A stretch of DNA of 6,199 nucleotides from Amoebophrya sp. A120 (taxonomy: Eukaryota; Protista; Dinoflagellata), in NCBI GenBank assembly GCA_905178155.1, contig CAJINV010000022.1:633473-639671 (forward strand), written 5' to 3'. Of this stretch, positions 1-4,847 are shown piece by piece; position 1 is the first letter of the stretch; each line of letters starts with the position of its first letter. The notes below the pieces were generated by a model. That model made no database searches and had not been told where the DNA came from. It worked only from the letters and a program-made list of their open reading frames with translations. The translations under genes were made by a program, and so were the position numbers.

Positions 1-389
1 TGGAACAAGCGCCAGCATGGGCTGGTCAGCGTGTAGAAGTTGTAGCGGGATTTTTTGCTTATGTTTCCAGTGCTGGAACGTCAAAATGCAATATTTTTTT
101 CAACAGGCGAAGATTAGCTGCATCGAAGCTTTTCAACCTCATCTTCCATGTTTTTGTCTTTATTTCAAACTCTACTGATACTGCAATTTCTACTTTTTAG
201 TTGATACAATATTTTCGGCATTTCCGCACACGACATCAAGATTTCATATACTTGATTTAGAAAACTTGAACTTGTCGGCCTTGTTGAAAAATTTTGTTTT
301 TCCTTTTATCTACTAGTCCCAGTAGTTTGCTGCGTACAATTTTATTTTCATCATTGATTCGACTGCAACATACACACGCCTGAAGCCCG

Positions 390-401
390 TGTCTCTTGCA
401 G
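390..401 (+). promoter_or_regulatory. Possible 3' splice or spliced-leader trans-splice acceptor upstream of the gene 1 start
   Basis: Pyrimidine-rich TGTCTCTTGCAG ends 11 nt before ATG 413. Motif resemblance only. Confidence 0.3.
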
Positions 402-412
402 ATTCAAAAACA

Positions 413-3400
413 ATGAAGCACGCACTGGCATCTCGGGTGCTCCTGCTTTTCTGGAGCACCAAATCTGTCCTGGTCGCCGCATCGGCCTCCAGCGACTCGT
501 CGCACACCAGAATCACTATGCGTTGCAAACGTACTTATCGTACTCGTAGAAATGCATCACAAATTTCGATTTCCTCAGCAGGAGAAACAAAATTTGTTCA
601 AATGCGAATTTAGCTTAAGAACAAGACTTGTAATGCATAACTGCAAGTACTACGAGTAGGTACGATACTTTTGCGCAGGATAATCCCCGACGGGCAGCAG
701 CAGGTGACCAACCCTCAAACGGCGCAGGAGTCTCTTGCGGGAGCTGGTGCAGCCGAATCTCCCAAAGCTACCGACGATGTGGTCCTTGAACCCGACAGCA
801 GTAGTACTTTTTTGACACCCAGCACGAGCGGCGCAGAAGGTGCCCTGCCAGAGTACGCCTGGGACCGGGTTTATTCGTTCTTGGCCGGCAATGGGGTCGC
901 GTCGGGCTCCTTCGATCAAAAAGCCTATGCTTTGCAAACATGTCTGGGTCTGGAAACTTGTGATGCTGGGTGGCGTATCATGAGGAGGCCGCGAGTCCTG
1001 GCTCAGCATGACAAGTTTTTGAGCTTCTAGATGTTGGCTCTTCTGCATGACAAACTGCGTTTCTGCATGACAGAAAAATGGGGCTCTTGGGTAAAGTGCA
1101 TGACAGATTTAAGAGTCATGCCAGACAAGCATGACAAACATGCACTTTTCCATACCCAGACAACATATTTGCGCTTGATAAAGCCGACCGCAAAGCAACT
1201 GTGGAAAACCTCGAAAGCCACCACGCAAAGACCAAGCAGGCGGCTGTGGTGGCGGCCGACCCGGGCACAATCCGTCCGGCGGTTTCTCAGAAGTGGCTCC
1301 AAGCTGCGGAAATCGTGCGCGCTGCTGGCCACAGTGGCGATAGTGGTACAGTAGGAAGCCAATCTGCCCTTACCGATGCTCATCTTGGCACCGCGACGAG
1401 AGACACCATGCTGCAAAAAGTTCTGAAGCGGAAACACCGTCTAGGCCCAGAGGGGACTGACGCAACCTCAAGCCTTGCTGCCGCAAGCAAGGCGAGTCGG
1501 AAGTTTGTGGAAAAAAAGACGAAGAATTATTTGCAAAACTGGTACAATAAAGCGACTGCCGGCATCGACAGAGCCCCTGGTCATTATCCTTTCATCGCAA
1601 AGGGACTGTTTTCTTGCACGGTGGAAGACTTTTATGACCTGCTTGCCGAGGCTATCCTGAGTAAAAACGTACCCACACCAGAGTCAAGATGGGGAGTTTG
1701 CAACACAAACCTAGGAGTTTTGTGAGTCACGCATGACAAGTTGCACTATGCAGTGTAGTGCAGGTCGGCAAGTGCAGCCGCATCACAGATTCATCTGCTC
1801 ATCCTGTTCACAGCATCACAAATTCCAAAACACGATTGGAAATGGCTCTCATGGGGATGCGCATTACAAGTCTTCCTGTCTTTGCAAATCTGCATTACAA
1901 CTCTGGTGTGGGTACGTTTTTACTCAGGATAGAGGCTCCGGACGACGAGATCGCGCACGCAGTGATGATCCACGGCGACGTCATGCCGAGCTGGCTTTCT
2001 GCGAACATTTTGCGCGAAAAGCTCCGGCCGCTCATCCAAGGAGCGCGCGAGCGTGGAGGTGGGACCGGTGGCCCCCGCCTGGAGGGTCACGGGGCAGGAA
2101 CGGCGACCGAAAGCCCCCCGACAAGCGCTGCTGGAATCACCCTTCCACACGGTGGCAGCCTGAGTGCGCAGGGCGAGTCCTTCATTGCTGTGCACAACGA
2201 CGTATGGGCAGATGACGGATTACATGGGCCAGACATGAGCGCAACCTCCCGGGCCCGCTTTCTGGAGCAAGTCGTGCGAGAGGATAATCCAAGTGCGTAC
2301 TACCCGAGGTTGTTTGTTTCGAACCCCGATTATGACCCTGACGTTCTTGTTCGTGGTCGCAGCCGCCGGACGGGCGATCGCATCACGTTGCGGCATATCA
2401 AATGCAACTATGTCTGGGTGTGGAAGATTGCCAGGTTTGTCATGCATATTTTGCATGACGCATGATGCCTGTAGTGCATGACTTAGCATCACAGATTTTT
2501 GGAAGGCATCCTAATGCCTATTCCGCATGGCAAATGCCCTCTCCGCGTAGCACAATCTGGGCTCCTCTTCCTGGTCATAGCACTACAGATCTTTTGAGAA
2601 TCCAAAGACAGCATTACAAGTTTGGATCCACCTTCCAGACCCAGACATTTTTGCGATGCATATGGCACAAGAAAAAATTTCAGGGGCGGTACGCCTACAG
2701 CGACGGTGGAGTTCATTCTACCTCGAGCATATTCTGAGAAAAAATCCCCCCTCCCCATACTACTCAAAACGGAAATTTGTGATGCTGATTTGTGACCACA
2801 AATCAGCTTCGTCTTGCATATGAGGCATCAAATGGGAGCCGTATCCCGCACTCGACAGCAAATCTGTCATGCGCTTTTACCTACCGCGCACCTGTCTGTC
2901 ATGCCGAGCTGCTAGCCTTTTGCATACTCAATCAGGCTTGAAAAATTATGCCTTCACGCTCTTGCCGCAATTATACACAGCTGATTTGTGTACAGAAATC
3001 CAGCATGGGGTGGGGGTTTTTTCATATTTCCTTTTTTGAATGGGGTGGGGGTTTTTTCATATTGATAGAGCAGTGGCTCCGATACCCTGCGTTACACTAC
3101 GGACTTCGACGCCACACGGGATATGGGGGTGTCAGGATTGAGATCGTCAAAGTTGAAATAGTTTGTCATGCATAAAATCGATACCAGTTGGAAGCCCAAT
3201 TTTCAAGCGGCGCATGACAAATTTAGGCACCGTCGAAATCCGGTCTGTCATGCTGTTTAGGGACAGAAGGCGTCTTTTGTCGTGCTACTTTACCAGCCCT
3301 ACCGCAGACCTCAAACAGGCTGACTGTCGGCCTCATTTGCCATCCCTGCAAGACAGGTACGTCATGCCTTGCATTTTATGCATGACAAATCATTTCAACT

Positions 3401-3588
3401 TTGTCGATTTCAAACCTGACGCTTCCATACGGGATCTCCTGAACGTTACCGCCGAGGAAGTCCATTTTGTCATCGTAGAGTCGCCGACGGTCATGACGCA
3501 TATTCGCTGCAAGCCGAAGAAAAATTGGGAATGCAAGCTGCAGATTTGTCAGCACAGCAGCAACGACCCTTTCTCGTCTCAGGGGTAA
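413..3588 (+). CDS. Gene 1: reconstructed 7-exon, 510-aa hypothetical protein, probably secreted. Exons 413-516, 688-925, 1186-1652, 1937-2395, 2668-2729, 3073-3121, 3435-3588; boundaries can slide within the 5-bp repeats.
   Basis: Removing six TIR elements plus one repeat copy each gives 1533 nt with no internal stop, from ATG 413 (context aaaaacaATG) to TAA 3586-3588. Junctions read SHTRI(T/P)DGQQ, FDQKADRKATVE, DLLAEAPDDEIA, RITLRHKKKFQG, HSTSSSGSDTLR and DATRDLLNVTAE. This joins parts of track ORFs 389-613, 671-1030, 1201-1725, 1758-2465, 2462-2737 and 3163-3588. The N-terminus MKHALASRVLLLFWSTKSVLVAASA looks like a signal peptide by eye. No family recognised with confidence. Confidence 0.85.
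517..682. mobile_element. Element E1 (166 bp): degenerate TIR element / putative non-canonical intron 1 of gene 1
   Basis: Left end TATGCGTTGCAAAC...TACTCGTAG versus reverse complement of right end TATCCTGCGCAAAA...TACTCGTAG (about 22/33 matches). Flanks ATCAC (512-516) and ATCCC (683-687). Contains an in-frame TAG at 611-613, and removing 171 nt keeps the frame. Confidence 0.72.
926..1180. mobile_element. Element E2 (255 bp), family A: putative non-canonical intron 2 of gene 1
   Basis: TIR core TGTCTGGGTCTGGAA (941-955) / TTCCATACCCAGACA (1148-1162). Perfect repeat AAGCC at 921-925 and 1181-1185. About 87% identical to the reverse complement of E7. Removing 260 nt restores the frame. Confidence 0.9.
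1653..1931. mobile_element. Element E3 (279 bp) with a perfect 32-bp TIR: putative non-canonical intron 3 of gene 1
   Basis: TATCCTGAGTAAAAACGTACCCACACCAGAGT (1653-1684) is the exact reverse complement of 1900-1931. Perfect repeat GAGGC at 1648-1652 and 1932-1936. Removing 284 nt restores the frame. Confidence 0.93.
2396..2662. mobile_element. Element E4 (267 bp), diverged family A: putative non-canonical intron 4 of gene 1
   Basis: TIR core ATGTCTGGGTGTGGAAG (2410-2426) / CTTCCAGACCCAGACAT (2632-2648). Flanks CGGCA (2391-2395) and TGGCA (2663-2667). The right end TTCCAGACCCAGACATTTTTGC is identical to that of E7. Removing 272 nt restores the frame. Confidence 0.88.
2730..3067. mobile_element. 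Element E5 (338 bp), family B: putative non-canonical intron 5 of gene 1
   Basis: TIR core GAAAAAATCCCCCCTCCCCAT / ATGGGGTGGGGGTTTTTTC. Perfect repeat GAGCA at 2725-2729 and 3068-3072. The interior is collinear with the reverse complement of E8. Removing 343 nt restores the frame. Confidence 0.88.
3005..3063 (+). repeat. Exact 24-bp direct duplication of the inner right TIR of E5
   Basis: ATGGGGTGGGGGTTTTTTCATATT occurs at 3005-3028 and 3040-3063. Confidence 0.9.
3122..3429. mobile_element. Element E6 (308 bp) with a ~57-bp imperfect TIR: putative non-canonical intron 6 of gene 1
   Basis: 3122-3178 (TATGGGGGTGTCAGGATTGAGATCGTCAAAGTTGAAATAGTTTGTCATGCATAAAAT) pairs without gaps with 3373-3429 (reverse complement TATGGAAGCGTCAGGTTTGAAATCGACAAAGTTGAAATGATTTGTCATGCATAAAAT). 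Perfect repeat CGGGA at 3117-3121 and 3430-3434. Removing 313 nt restores the frame. Confidence 0.92.
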
Positions 3589-4847
3589 GGCGGTCCACCT
3601 GACATTGGTACCTTTTTTGGTGCGCCGAACTTTTGGACTTTGACAGCATAACATTCTTATGCAGTTCGGCGTGGTCAGACTGAATAGAGATCCAGCTCCT
3701 GCTGCGCCATGATATCACTTGTGATGTCTGCTGCTGCTAATGACCTCTGTTTGGCGGCCTTATCTTTCCGGAAAAGATATGGTCGAAGCTAGGATATTTC
3801 ACATGCACTTACACACTGCTTTTTCTATACGATTTTTTACCGCAGAATGCCTTATTCTTTGGTCGTGTCCTGTCGTGATCGTTCATATACAATTTTTTTT
3901 ACCGCAACTCTGAGGAAGCCAGTTCTTGCTTCTATCATCAAGGCCGGGGCACAGGGGAAAGGTTTCGACAAAAGACCATTAGCCTTCAACAACTAGGAAG
4001 AACTTTATCATCACTTTGATTTTAAAGCGCTATTGCAAAAGATTTTGATTCAGGGTCGTGCGCGCAAGCGCAGCGCGCAGCTTATTTTATTTTTGTGCAG
4101 TCCATTCTACAACAACGTTAGATGACACATCAGTAGGCTACACTGCTGATAAATTTCAGCCAGGAACAAATAGTGCCGCCGACGTTCGTCTTCTCGCTAG
4201 AACTTATGCGCCACTATCTTTTTGACCACTGCCGCTAGCCACGCTTTGATACGCACTGGGCCGACGACCATCTGGGTATGCCATGTTGTGCTGGATCTAC
4301 AGTTCCCGCAGGTGGCGCGGTGCTTGGTCGACCTCGATCCTGTTCGCGTCAAGTAGTACAAGTCCTGGTATTCCTTCGGGGGACAAAGCAACCCCGAGCG
4401 AGAGCTCGACGAGATCATTTCTTCGATTGATATCGCCATCACCGAACTGTAGGAAAATACGCAGATCTGTCATTGTCGTTTTGCGATAAGTTTTCGCGAG
4501 ATGTCAGTCAAGGGTGGACCTGCAGTGAAGATCACTGTTTCAACGAATTGCTTTTGTGTGATGAGACATTTCTTTTGCAAATATAGAATTTAACACCCCA
4601 GAAATGCCAGCCTTTTAGTTTTATGCACCTTTTTGAGGCAAATATCGCGGTCGTCTTCTACTTAGTTCATTTCTTATTTCTTACCTCACATAAGTGCCAG
4701 CACCGGCTTCTTTCCTTAAATATTTTGTCCATATTTTTCTCGTGCGATTTCACTAAGCGCAGAACAAGGTTTGTTCTGTCATCAGTACGCGCCGCGCTCT
4801 ACTTGCCGCAACTTCAACATCTCTAGCTGTAATATACGGATAGAATT

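Noticed and set aside
1-200. 3' end of an upstream gene
   Set aside because: Open frames exist (stops near 36 and 200), but nothing identifies which, if any, is coding.
3826-3906. Imperfect direct repeat TATAC(G/A)AT6-8ACCGCA at 3826-3844 and 3886-3906
   Set aside because: The repeat is real but short, low-complexity and only two copies, so no function can be supported.
4059-4095. GC hairpin TGCGCGC-N7-GCGCGCA plus T-rich tract as an intrinsic terminator
   Set aside because: The context is eukaryotic, the site is about 470 nt past the stop codon, and the T-tract fits a polypyrimidine tract equally well.
3585-4100. Canonical GTAAG...TGCAG intron extending gene 1 beyond TAA 3588
   Set aside because: It would add only about seven residues (PFYNNVR) before a stop, so nothing in the sequence supports it. 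It cannot be excluded without cDNA.
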